64,000 nucleotides of DNA, taken from Blastocystis sp. Blastoise. Its lineage: Eukaryota; Protista; Bigyra: Opalinata. The notes under the pieces were generated by a model that saw only the letters and a list, made by a program, of their open reading frames with translations, did no database searches and was not told the origin of the DNA. Below, in pieces: positions 15,159 to 52,131 of the stretch. How positions within the stretch are numbered: the first letter of the stretch is position 1; each line of letters begins with the position of its first letter. The DNA is taken from NCBI GenBank assembly GCA_039096225.1, contig JBBPEB010000009.1:372001-436000 (forward strand). Direction: 5' to 3'. A program made the position numbers and the translations under genes.

Positions 15159-16237
15159 TTATTCTTCAATAAGCATATAAGCACTATTAAATGTGAATGG
15201 GACCTTTTCACCATTTTCTTTAGTTACTTTTATGGTTGGCGCCATCATTTTAAATTCACCCGCGGAAATAGGTAAAAATTGAATTGGGATATTGACATTA
15301 TCATGATCTTTAATAAGGAGAGTCTATAGGTACAATAGTAATATATATATATATATATATATATAGATAAGGATAGAATTCATAGAGACGATGGAATAAA
15401 ATGTAGATAGAATAATATAGATAAATACATAGAACAATATAGAGAATAGATAAAATAATAAAGATAAATAATCATTATAAGTAGATAATTATTATTAATA
15501 AAACAAAATACATGAGAAGATTGTCCTATGATTCTGATATAATCCTGAATATTTGTCCAATCAATAGTTATAGTATAAGTCTATATAAAATAGTATAATA
15601 ATAAACATAATAATAATAAAAATAAATATAACAATAATAATAATAATAATATATACATTTGAAGTAATATTATTAATATTAAAATCTAGAGTAATAGGTT
15701 TTAAAAGAGGTGCTGACGGAGGTATATGCATATAAGACACAAATATAGGAGATTGATCTGTTATTTCACTAGTAATAGTAGATGTTTGTAAATATCCTTC
15801 TTCACCACTCTCATCACTCCATAATATATGTATATATCCAATTTCTTGAGGAAGCATTCCCGCGGTTATATCAGCACATTTCGCTTTATAAATAGTACTG
15901 TAAGAGACATCAGGACCTATTTTGGATAAATTGTCATCCTCTGTCTTTTGAACATCATCAATTACAACGCCTTCTAACGGTTTAAAACTGATTTTCTTGA
16001 TAGTAAGAGTTTGTTTGGTAACGTTATCAATAATAATGTGAACTAACTGGTCACAATTTGTTAAAGATATATTGTTGATAGTAATATCAATTGGCTTTTC
16101 AACAAAAAATTTAAAGTTTTTCTTCATATTTTCTGTTTTTAATGTAACAGGATCAATATAACTGATAAGAACACTGATACTATAGGCATAATTATATATA
16201 TAATAAATAAACAAATAATAATTAAATTAATATTATA

Positions 16238-16279
<42 letters not shown>

Positions 16280-16946
16280 AAATAAAATAAAATAAAAATA
16301 AAATAAAAATAAAATAAATAAACATATATATACCAGTGTTCTCCAAGTTCAAGAATTGGTTTTTGTATAATCATATTATAATGTTTTCCATTGGGTATGT
16401 CACGTACCTTGGGATAGGGCTAGAATAATCATAAAAATCATAAATAAAATAGTGATATAAAATAAGATTAAGAATGTTAAAAACAATATATTGTCATAAT
16501 GTATATTTACAGCAGAAATATCATATCGTTTTTGATAATTATACTGGTCATCAGGAAGGATATATTTCTGTGATTGAGACTTTAATTCAACCTATAGTAA
16601 TAACATTATATAATTTTATAACAAGAATAAGAAAAAAGAAAAATACAGTAACATCCATATTTTTAATATCATATCCTGATTTGTTTATAACGCTGATGTA
16701 TGCAGAGAATCTTTGGCCAAGATATATTGTACTACAATAAAGATAATAAGAATTTAATTAAAAAAAAACGTACCCAAATGATTGTGGAAGAGAAAACAGT
16801 GAATCATAACCAGGTAAAACAAGTCCTTCTACAGAATCGAGATTAGAAGATTCATAAAAAGGCTTCACAAGTCTCATAACTAAAAATGAAATAGTAAAAA
16901 TCATCTTCTATTACAAACCTTTAACAGTAAGTGGCTTTGTATCCAT
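15159..16946 (-). CDS. TRAPPC13: TRAPP complex subunit 13 (Trs65-like)
   Basis: PLTVKVMRL...LPQSFGTIYLGQRFSAYISV...KKNFKFFVEKP...IGYIHILWSDESGEEGYLQT. Confidence 0.88.
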
Positions 16947-17665
16947 TATTATAACTAAAATATGTTAAGAATTGATGATATATATCAAAAAATATGATGA
17001 TATTCGTAATGATATAAATTATAAACTCAAATCATTTTTTAAACTATATTCTTTCTGTAGGGTAGGTGTTTTGACGTTTTTAGGATCTGATGATTATTTC
17101 TTTTTTAAAGGGTTAATCTAATCAATAATTGTGATTTTCCTTTATATTTTAATTTTTATTAATTAATCAATGAGGAGATGGTTTTATTGATCAAGTTTGT
17201 CTCAACACGAGTTTATCATGTTCTTCATTTATGTAGATAGAAAATATAAACACAAAAATTCAAATATAACTTTGTTTTTGTTAATTATTAAGAATTGATA
17301 AATAAAAAGAGCAGACTTTTTTTGTTAGAGAATAAACTGCCTTTCTGTGACAAATTAAAACGATTTCATCGATTATTTCATATTCCATCCGTAAATTATT
17401 AAAAAGATATTGTGTAGAATAGTTGTGGATTTGTCAAATCGAATAGAACAGATGCACACATATACTCTACAGTATGATATACTAATAAATAATAACAGAA
17501 TAACAAAAATAAAAGCTAATTATCAAAAGGAATAGAAAATCAACAAGAAATAGTATACGAATGGGTGAACAAGAATGAAAAGAAATGTAAAAATATGTTA
17601 ATGAATATCTTACAACCATAATATATATATATCATAATATTAAAAATAAAATGAATAATTAGAAT

Positions 17666-18696
17666 TTATAATGTTAATTTAAAGCAATTATTTTTCCATA
17701 AATCAGAGCTACTAAAACTATTTCGAACTTCAATAATGTTATTTGTAACCAATTTATAATTCTCTGCATTATGTATGAAAAGTAGTTCTAATTGAGGAAA
17801 ATAATCAGTTGATAATATTTCAGAGAAATCCATATAGGCCTCAAAGGAAAACATATTCTTAGATAAATCAAGAACTTTAATATTCATGAATTTTTTATCT
17901 CTAATTAATTGCATTAATAATCGCAACGTATGATCAAAAAAATGATTATCTGATAATACTAATGTATCCAGTTTTGGGAAAACCCCTGAATCGAATGCCT
18001 CAAATAGAGGTTCACCCTCTTCAAAACTTAAAAACATATTAGATAATGATAATTTTGTTAGCGCGGGAAAATCTCCTGGCGCCAAACGTGAAAATAAATA
18101 GGTCAAATCATTAGTATGAATTTGTTCAAGAGATAATGTTTCTAAATAAGGAAAACAATGCGCGTGAATAGATTCAAATAAATTAGCTATAGTCTCATCA
18201 GTATCATAATAATTTTTAATACTAATCTCTTTCAGACCAATAGATACCTGCTGGAAATAACTCTTCTCAAATAACTCCGTTAAGAATCGACCTGAATCAG
18301 TATTATCTTGAACATCAATAAATTCGAATTGATAAATATTACTTAATTGTCTCTCTCTTATATCTAAATTCATTTTATAAGCTCTCTTATAATATTCCAT
18401 ACTATAAGCAACTTCACCTGAATCTATCTATATATATATATAGAGTATAATAAATACAATAAATATAATAATAAATATAATAAATAAATAAATAGAATAA
18501 TAACTATATACATCATTTTCTTGTTTATTCTCTAATAGTAACGTACGTATATCTAAGACAGCTTCTTCAGAAGGTAAACAGTTACAAAGAAGGGCTGTAT
18601 CTAATGAACAATGAGGATTCGCTATAGATATATACATATATATAATACATAAATATATAATATATATAGATTAGAAATAATAATAATAATAATAAT

Positions 18697-18774
<78 letters not shown>

Positions 18775-18790
18775 CATAATAATAATAAAC

Positions 18791-18837
<47 letters not shown>

Positions 18838-20838
18838 GATATAATAATAATAATAATAATAATAATTATATACCAAAGAATGTGATTCCCCATCCCTCAT
18901 AATGAGGGATATCCCTCACTTGTATGTTAATGCACCAATCAGATTCATTCTCTGGATCATCATCAAGATCTATATATATATATATATATATAATAAGATG
19001 AAATAATACTATATATATAGATATACATGTAACATCTAATAATTGTAAATAGGGTATTTTCATGTCATCAATTTGAAATAATATTTTCATAAACTCATAA
19101 TTCAAATTACAACAGCTCATATATAAATGTGTTAAATGTTTTAAACATCCTTTATTAATTGTGTTCCATAAGAGATCTAAATCTTCTGGAGATACCATAT
19201 ATCCATGAATATTCAATTTTTTTAATGCTAATGATGAATTTGTCTGAATACATGTCATCAAGTGACTAAACACATTTGCTGTAATATAATTATCTATATA
19301 TATATATAATATCAATTGTATTATTTTCTTTATATAAAACAAATATATATATATATATATACTTGATATATTCAGTTTCTTTAAATGTTCTAAACTTGCA
19401 TTTTGAAGGCAATTTATAAATGTTAATAAATATTTCTCACCTAAATTATTATCTATATATATAAATAAGATTGTTATATATAAAATTAAATTATTATATA
19501 TATATAAATTATACTATTATATATAAAATCAAAATATTACATATATAAATATAAGATTATTATTCTACATATATACTTGATATATCAATAGAAGTGAAAG
19601 TAGATAAAGGAATAGAAGACAGTTCACATATATATTGAGAAGCAATAGAAGATTCATAAAATAATCCTTTAAGACAAAGAGAGGTTAAACATTTAAATTG
19701 TTTTTGTTTATAAAGATCTAGTATATAATTCTTAAGAGGATTACATATATCATGTATATTAAGTGTTTCAAGTGAAGGGAGTACAGAGGGATCCATGAAT
19801 TTTTGACCAATCAAACAATTGTGTATATGTACTAGTCTATATATATATAATAATAATTATTATTGTATATATATTATATATATATATACTCCATAGAGGA
19901 TATGAGATAGGTTGTTTGATCTATATAATAATAATAATAATAAATATAATAATAATTATATATATACTGTTATTATTATCAATAATGTCCTTATTTACAC
20001 TAGTCAATATATATCGAGAAATATCTTCTTTTTCTATATTATTCTCTGTATACTCAAAATGAATTTCTATATATTTTAATTCATCAAATAATTGCGGGAA
20101 TTTTGAATTTAATAAATGCTGAATAGATAAAGTCTCTTCATATGTATCTATATATATATATATATATATAATTCATAAAAACATCATAATAAATAAATAA
20201 ATATATATACAATATAACATAACAATTTCAACTTTTAATAATTGAAATAATGTTGAATAACTCTTTAGATTATCAAAAACTTCTTCTAATTTCATATCTT
20301 TTATAGATAAACAATATTTTTGTGATTCTCTTAATATTTGAGGAGATCGATAGCGGATAAATGTGTCTAATGAACAATCATTAGGATTTAAATTAATATC
20401 ATCTTTCTCAATTTTTTCTAAATCACAATTTAACCAATTATCATAACTAAAGTAACCCGATTCTAAAACAGAGTATATGAACTCTTTAAATATTTCTTGA
20501 CCTTCATAAAAATAATATCCAGCATCAAAAGTCAGAGTAGCTAAATCATTAGGATTTTCTTCAAATAAATTCTTATCTTTATTAGAAAGATATTCAATCA
20601 CAATATTCACTTGTGATGAAGGTCTATCTATCTTTATTATCGTTTTATATGCAGAAGGTTGCTGATTATTCAGAAATAAATCATAAAACAAAGTATATGT
20701 ATTATTTTCTATAGTACTAATTGGAGCATATATATATTTCGAATCAGAGCATTGAATACGAACTATAAAAATAGAAATAAATAAGTATATGTTACAAATC
20801 AACTTACTATTATCCTTCTTCGCTTCTGGTACACTCAT
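17666..20838 (-). CDS. BTB/POZ-like plus leucine-rich-repeat (RNI-like) protein
   Basis: N-terminal exon with TLFYDLF...IKIDRPS...IVIEYL (BTB-like); later exons with repeated FPxLxxLxLSxN units. Confidence 0.7.
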
Positions 20839-21661
20839 GTTTGCAGTATTATTTTGCACGTATATTCTAGACAAATAACAGATTTAAATTGATAAGAACA
20901 AAACTATGAGATTCAGTAATTGACAAAAACAAAGATATTTATATAAATGCTATGCTGTTCATTTAGCGTATATACGATTAAGATCTTGTAATATTCAAAA
21001 AGCACACTTTGAATAAGAGTAAATGAACAAAGAATAGTGTTGAGAAATACCAATCAGAAATAAGGCATTAAACACATGATTATTGGGAATAAAATTTTAG
21101 TAACAGAATCCTCCGAAATATTCAGTAAAATATTCATTTCTGTTTGTTTGTGTGTATATGGGATGAGACTTTAATAATAAGCTTAGATAGAGAGTTCATA
21201 CTATCTGAAGAAGATGAATATTCATATGAAAATTTAATTAGTGAGAATAAAAGGGTGATGAGTTGTTCTTAAGAACATAAGGAGGTTATTCATGGACCAA
21301 ACAACAAAATAATGATAGTAAATGAGCTAATCAGTTAATCACTTTTTCTAAATTAATTGTTTCAAAGACATGTGAACAAGAAATCAACATAAAGAAAGAA
21401 GAAAGCTAACAAAACTATGTAGTTATTTGTGAAAGCATATAAGAAATTCAATAAACTAATGACGATTTATAAAACTAAAAAAACTATAATGTATATATAG
21501 AAAAAATACATCTTATTTAAAATGATTTAAAAAATGGAAAAATAGAAAAAAAAAGTTATTATTATTATAAAATTCTTGTAGATATATATAGAAGATAAAA
21601 TTATGATTCACACAGCAAATAAAAATTGTTTAAATATAAAGAATACTACTATATAAATGTA

Positions 21662-26052
<4,391 letters not shown>

Positions 26053-26366
26053 AAACGAATCTTAAGTTGAAAAGTTATTATTATATCTTTCTTTTAAAAA
26101 ATATATATATTTTTTAATAAACATCATTATTCTGAAATTTGAACTTTATAGTCGTAAAAAACCGTGTAACCATTTTTTGCATTTTTTTTATAAAAGCTAA
26201 TAAATTAATTATGAATATTTCTCTATTGTCTGCATATATTTCATTTTTTTCCTTGTTTTTTTAGAATTTTTTTCTACTTTTTTAAAAAAATTTATATTTT
26301 TTGTTTTTTTAGTTGAGCTCTTCTAAAAATAGATTATATTTGTTCATATCATTTTTAACGTAAACT

Positions 26367-28413
26367 ATGTCTATAACATCCGATGAAGTTAATTATTTGG
26401 TATTCCGTTACCTACAAGAATCAGGATTCGATCACAGTGCATTTCTTTTTGGATATGAATCCATGATTATGAATAAAAAAGAGTTTCATTCAAATTTAAA
26501 ACCTGGTGCTCTTGTTGTTTACTTACAAAAAGCACTTCAATTCATGGAGATGGAAGCACATATTAAAGATGTATGTTAACTTAATAAAAAAAACAACTTT
26601 TTCATGTTATATTTTATATTCATATAGGATGGAACAGAGATTGAATGTTGTGCTCCATTTTCTCTTATTACACCTCATGTCTGTATGAAGAAATGGAAGG
26701 AAAATACTCAAGGTATTTAGCTTTTTTTTTCGTAATTTATAAAATCATATATAGAAAATGATGAAATGAATATTGAAACAAAAGAAATCTCGGGTCACAA
26801 AGAAATTAAAAGAGATGACTGTATTATATTGGCAGATCATAATGATCAAGTTACTGCATGCGCCTGGAATCCTAAAGATGATATTCTTGCAACTGCGTAT
26901 ATATATATATATATATACTTAATTTTTATTACTATTACAATAGAAAATAAAACTATTGTCATTTGTTGTTATAATAATAATATATATATATATAGGTCTA
27001 TTGATAGTAGTGTATGTTTATATAACTTTACAGAACATTCTATATCGAATCATCCAATCAAATGTCAACATGAATTATATAATAAAAAGAATGAAATTAC
27101 CACGATTAATTGGGATGTATATAGTTGTAGTTATTATTTGTTTATTATTGTTTGTATATTATATGTTTATGTTTATTATTATTTCCTTATGTTTATTATT
27201 ATTATATATATATATAGAGTGAAGGTAAATTACTTGTTTCTGGCTCTGCAGATGGAAATGTCAAATTATGGAATACAAAAGGAGAGAAATATTCATCTCT
27301 TAAACCAATTTCAACGTCTATTTTCTCTGCTAAATTCTCACCAGATTCACGGGAATTACTTGTTTGCGGTTTAGATCCTTCATTTTATCTTTATTCATTA
27401 GGAAATAACAATGAATGCAATTTAGTATTTATATTATATAATATTATTGATTGTTTTAATGATTATTAGGACTTAACAAGTCTGAAACTAGCTGAATCCT
27501 CTTCACTTTCTTCACCATTACCTAGTGACGGTATATTATATAGATTATTGTGTTTATTATATTTAATATGAATATATTTATTATGAATAAATTTATATGA
27601 ATATATTTAATATGAATATATTTAATATGAATATATTTAATATAAATATATTTAATATGAATATATTTATGATTATACATATAACCCTATAGGTGTTTTA
27701 TTGGATTGCGATTGGTGTGATAATAATATATTCTCCTATTGCTATAATGATGGAAGATTAATTACTGTTAATATGAATCAAGATAGTAAAAATCATGAAG
27801 TTATTCAACATGATGGACATAAAAGTGAAATTAATGTTTTGAAATGGAATCAATCGATTGGTCGAATGGCATCTGCCGGTGAAGATCAATATATTAAAAT
27901 ATGGTCTCCTTCTTCTGTTCATTCCTTATGTGATTATACTAATAATGTTACTTCTATATATACCTTAGAATGGTATGATACCACTTTATATAGTGGTGCT
28001 TTAGATGGATCTATATCGGTATATAATACTGAAGCTAGCACATGTGTTAAAGTCTATAATTATCACAAGTATTTTTATTATTATATTTATTATTATTTTT
28101 ATTATTATATTTATTATATATATCATCCTATAATTATCATCCTATATTTATTATATATATCATCCTATAATTATCATCCTATATTTATTATATATATCAT
28201 CCTATAATTATCATCCTATATTTATTATATATATCATCCTATAATTATCATCCTATATTTATTCTATATTTATCATCCTATATATGACTCTATCTTCTCC
28301 TCTCTCTAGAAAGCCTGTATATTCTCTCGCTGTATCTCCCTGCGGCCGTTATCTTGCGTCTACTTCTGCAGACCATCATGTCTATATCTATAATACTACT
28401 GTATATATATATT

Positions 28414-28458
<45 letters not shown>

Positions 28459-28596
28459 ATATTATAGACTCAAGAACGTATTCGTACATTTGTTTGTGAA
28501 GGTATACCTTTCAGTGTAGACTTCAATTCCCGCGGGGATAAGGTTGCCGTTGCTTCCTCAGATAGTAAAACATATATTATTGATCTAAAAGTATAA
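26367..28596 (+). CDS. TBL1: TBL1/SIF2-like LisH + WD40 protein
   Basis: MSITSDEVNYLVFRYLQESGFDHSAFLF...PGALVVYLQKALQFMEMEAH followed by WD40 repeats; TAA at 28594-28596. Confidence 0.92.
27566..27670. repeat. 15-bp intronic minisatellite in TBL1
   Basis: ATATGAATATATTTA units. Confidence 0.8.
28120..28282. repeat. About 38-bp intronic tandem repeat in TBL1
   Basis: ATCCTATAATTATCATCCTATATTTATTATATAT repeated about 4 times. Confidence 0.8.
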
Positions 28597-29674
28597 TAAT
28601 ATATATAAATATTTCAAAAGTCTATTTCTTATACTAATAATATACATTATTTCCTGTTCATTATATGTTATATATATACATTTTGAGCGATATTCTATTT
28701 TTATAATTCCTCAATAAATAATTATACTCCTTTTTCTATTAATATATTTAAATTTTTATAAATACTTTAAAATATACATAATCTATAACAATTATTAATA
28801 TATATTTTTTCTGATTCTATTTTTCAATTCTTATTTTATTTTTACTGTTTCTGTATATTTAGTTCTTTTTGCTTTATTTGTTTTAATTTTTTTTGTAATT
28901 ATATAAGTATTTATTTGTTAAATTGATCTTCTTTCTTCTTCTGCTTGTCTAGTCATTCTTTTTTTTATTCTTATATTTTCCATTGTTTCGTTATTTTCAG
29001 TTTCTTATATACAACTATATTCGAAGAGTATTGATGAGTTATATATAGTTTTTCTCCTTTTAAAAACATATAAATTATTAAAAATATATTTATATGAATG
29101 TATTAAAGATCATAAACATTTATATATAAAATCCATTCAAGTCTGTTCATAAAAACAAAATAAGAACCATAATAAAGCTGAAACTTCACTGCTTTCTATT
29201 ATTGATAATAATGTAGTGATTACATATTTTTCAAAGGAAAAAAGTGGGTATTTAATTATATTAATTTCTCAAAATTTACTATATTATGATTAGTAATTTT
29301 ATTATGTTTAAAGTGTATTATTTAAGATTCTTTACAATATTATAAAAAAAAATATTTTCTTTTAGTTATTATCTACTACTTCGTCATAAAACTTTTTAAA
29401 TAGTTAACATTATATATGAACTAAAAATGTTACTCATATTTATAAAATACTTGTTTTATTAATCGTTTTGGATATTATTAATTATAAAAATGTATAGATA
29501 TTATTGAAGATTATTATTCATTTCATACAGTTCCTATTCATTCAAACAAGTCTAATTGATCAATTAATAATTAATAACAAAGTAATAGAATTAATATAAA
29601 TATAGAAAGTCAAAACAATAAATTAGTTTATATCCTATAATTATAAAGATGTTTATATAAACATATAACATATA

Positions 29675-31174
29675 TTAAGCTTTTCCCCACACTTCATATT
29701 CTTCTACTGTAAAGAGATTTCGAGTATTAGCATTATTCGTATTCACAAATAATGATGATTTTTGAGGTGTATTCACAGTAGTAAATGAACGTGACTCAGT
29801 CCATGCCTGATCACTAGTAGTATGACAATTACTGTGCATACATATATCAGAACCTTGACCAAATATAGGACCACAGGAAGAAGAACAACATATACCTCTA
29901 CCATGATGATTATGATCATATTTAGTAGGAGGAATACCATGTTCATTACTTAATGTAAATATAAATTCTTTAGAAGGAGATATGTCACCACTATTACTAT
30001 TCCAACTTTGATCTGTATATCCTCCAAATATATTAATCTGATTATTATGACCTATATGCTTAATAAGAGTAACTGTTTCTCCTTTATTATCACAATAATT
30101 ATGAAATTCACTTGCTAAATAATTATGTTCACTTGCTCTAAATAATAATTTCCATTTCTTTTCTTTACCTAACCAATTCACTAACGGAATTTCAAAACTT
30201 CTCTTCTCAATTATAGTGGAATTCATAAAAACATTTAATTTTCCTATCATTGCTTCTCTCACAGCTTCTCTTCCTTCTTCACCAAATAATTCAACCATTT
30301 CTTTTTCTAATAATTTTTTATTAATATCATCAATCATATCTTCTTCTATATCTATATATCTATCATTTACATATTGAGTAATATATTCAATATATTCATA
30401 TTTCTTATTCATATATAAATTATCATCTATAGGATTATAATTAATAAATCCATTATTATAATTCTTAACATAATTATTCCATAATCCATTCTTTACTAAA
30501 TATTTTTTAATAATATCATTTTTCTTTCCATTAATAATCAAAGAAACTTCATCTCGTTTCTTATATTTCTTCATCTTTCGATCTCTTCTTTCTCTACAAT
30601 CTATTAATTCTAAAGGAATCACTAAGCCACAAAATTCAAATAAATTCAATAGTTCTAATTGTTCTTCATAAGAAAAAGAATCAAAATCTACTTTCTTTCC
30701 ATTCAAATAATCAACTAAATAATAAACAGAACCATCATTACCTCTATAATCTAGATATATAGATCCATCATTTGTCCTAAGTTCTTTATTACTTTGTTCT
30801 TCAATAAAAGAACCTTTTAAGGCATCTAAAACAGATTTTGATATTTGAAATATAGGACCATTATTGGTAAATCGTATCAAATCCATATCATCATCATTAT
30901 CATTATCCATATTAGCATTATTTTCATGAATAAAAGAATCATTTTGAAGAATTTCTTGTTTCTCATCTTCATTTTTATTATTGATTTCTTCATTATTTCT
31001 AGTTAATTGTTTGATTAATTCATTGATGAACTCGCCAGAGTGGTTACAGAAACTAATTGACTTACTGAAAAGACCAATCAAATCAACAACTAGTTGTTCA
31101 AAGTGAAGTATATTCTTCTGAATATCACCATTCTTACTACTATCGTATTCTACCTTTTCTTTTACCATTATCAA
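29675..31174 (-). CDS. TLDc-domain protein with N-terminal BTB-like region
   Basis: WKLLFRASEH...FHNYCDNKGETVTLIK...IFGGYT...FIFTL...GPIFG...EEYEVW; intronless 499-aa ORF. Confidence 0.9.
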   Translation of the reverse strand: MIMVKEKVEYDSSKNGDIQKNILHFEQLVVDLIGLFSKSISFCNHSGEFINELIKQLTRNNEEINNKNEDEKQEILQNDSFIHENNANMDNDNDDDMDLIRFTNNGPIFQISKSVLDALKGSFIEEQSNKELRTNDGSIYLDYRGNDGSVYYLVDYLNGKKVDFDSFSYEEQLELLNLFEFCGLVIPLELIDCRERRDRKMKKYKKRDEVSLIINGKKNDIIKKYLVKNGLWNNYVKNYNNGFINYNPIDDNLYMNKKYEYIEYITQYVNDRYIDIEEDMIDDINKKLLEKEMVELFGEEGREAVREAMIGKLNVFMNSTIIEKRSFEIPLVNWLGKEKKWKLLFRASEHNYLASEFHNYCDNKGETVTLIKHIGHNNQINIFGGYTDQSWNSNSGDISPSKEFIFTLSNEHGIPPTKYDHNHHGRGICCSSSCGPIFGQGSDICMHSNCHTTSDQAWTESRSFTTVNTPQKSSLFVNTNNANTRNLFTVEEYEVWGKA

Positions 31175-31699
31175 ATAATAAAAAAATATGAAAATAAAAT
31201 AAAAATGTCAAAAAAAAAAAATGAAATCTAAACAATTGAGGAGAATTCAATTTGATTTCCCTTTGATTCTTTGAACCAATAATATATGGATTTCTTCTTT
31301 ACGTAGAATTGTCATCGACTACGATAGTCCTCGTCAAGAATCTCAATAGAAATATTATAAATAGTATTTTCTATGATGAAATCTCATCTTTTGAAAGTAC
31401 TAGGTTTAACAGGAATGAATAAACTGAAGGTTTTGAAGGATTTGAAAGTATTTTTTATCTTTTGTATATATATATTATGAATCTTATATATTATAATGAA
31501 TTATAAAGTAAATAATTATTAAAAAAAAATTTTATGAAAAACAGAATTGTTCTTTTTTTGTTTATAAAAGTCACCTTTTTATTCTAATCATTCATTATTT
31601 CGATTCTTTCATTGATATTATTCAAGATAGTGTTGCTTATTATTTGTAAATATTCATATGAAAGAAAATATCACTGTTATTCTGGTTTCATCATTTTAA

Positions 31700-32530
31700 A
31701 TCACATGATTGGCTTGTTTCAGTTCAAAATTTGTTCAGCCACTAAAAATAGAGTAGTTTTAGAGACTTAGGCAAAAATCGTGAATTTTGACAAAATTTTG
31801 ACACTTTTTTCAGTTGACTTTTGATTTAGACTTAAAAACCCTATTAGACATATTTTAATAAAGAATTGACATTATTTTTTATTTACACTAGGTCACATAA
31901 TATCCAAAACGTTTTTCTTTTGTTTTAAGTCGCAATTCCGACAAATTATGGGGTCAATATTTTAAAACCTTTTGTTACTCTGTTTAAAGTTTAGACCCTC
32001 TTGGAGTCATAAATGTAATTAAAAGTCAATCAGCTGACCTCTATGGGACAAAACCAAAATTCAGTCAAAAAGTTAAAAATTTATATTTTTTTTACACTGA
32101 AAAATTGAACCGAGCCTATTTGTATCATGGACAGTCAGACCAGAGTTTTGCATTTTTAAAATATTTACGGGAATAATTTTCTCGTTCAAAACTGAGAAAA
32201 TTTATATTTGATAGCTTTTTAGGCTTATAAAGACTCTTAGCTTATTGTGTCGATTTATTTTAGACAAAAGACCTTTGGCTATATCAGAAAATTTAAAATA
32301 AGCCGGATATACGCACTTCTTTCCCATCTGTGAAAAAACACCTTATTTTGAGATCATTTCAATACTTCTCTACTATTCCAGACTTTGCTGTATACAAATT
32401 GATTATTTTAACAGATCATTTTAGTAATCAGTGATTTTGACAAAATCAGCTTGTTTTCTTCATCATAAATTTAAAATGTCTTGGTTCAATAAAGCAGCGT
32501 GTTTAGTGATGTGTATGATCTGTCAAGTGA
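31700..32530. repeat. Unclassified non-coding, transposon-like segment
   Basis: No ORF or microsatellites. Composition and words (AAAATCGTGAATTT, TTATGGGGTC) resemble the Helitron interiors in this window. Termini not found. Confidence 0.35.
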
Positions 32531-33055
32531 ATATATAATAAATTAATTGTGTTTAAAAAAAAGAAAACAGTTCAAAAAATTAATTATGGGAATTATGTTG
32601 TTATAAACCTTCTATAAAAATATATTCATAATCAGAAAGAATTCTTTAAAAGTGGTCAATCCATGTCATTTATTAGTATTGTATATATTTTGTATCATCT
32701 ATATATTTTATTATATACAAATCAATGATTAGTATGTTTTATAATTTTTTCCTAATTAATTAATGCATTATATATTTTTTATTTTTGCATATAGGTCTTT
32801 GTTTGAGTCTGATGTGACTTAAGATTGTATCTTGAAATGATTATGATGTAATATTAAAAACAGAGTATGTATGAGATGTGCAATTATTATTATTTTTTAT
32901 TTATGTATTGTTTTATTTGATATTATGTTACTATCGTGGCTTGTATCGTTTACTGTCTATTTTTTATTTGCTTATCATTAATCTTTTTTAATAATTAAGT
33001 TGATTCTTAAATTATTATTATTTTTTTTTTATTTATTATTATTATATATATATAG

Positions 33056-52131
<19,076 letters not shown>
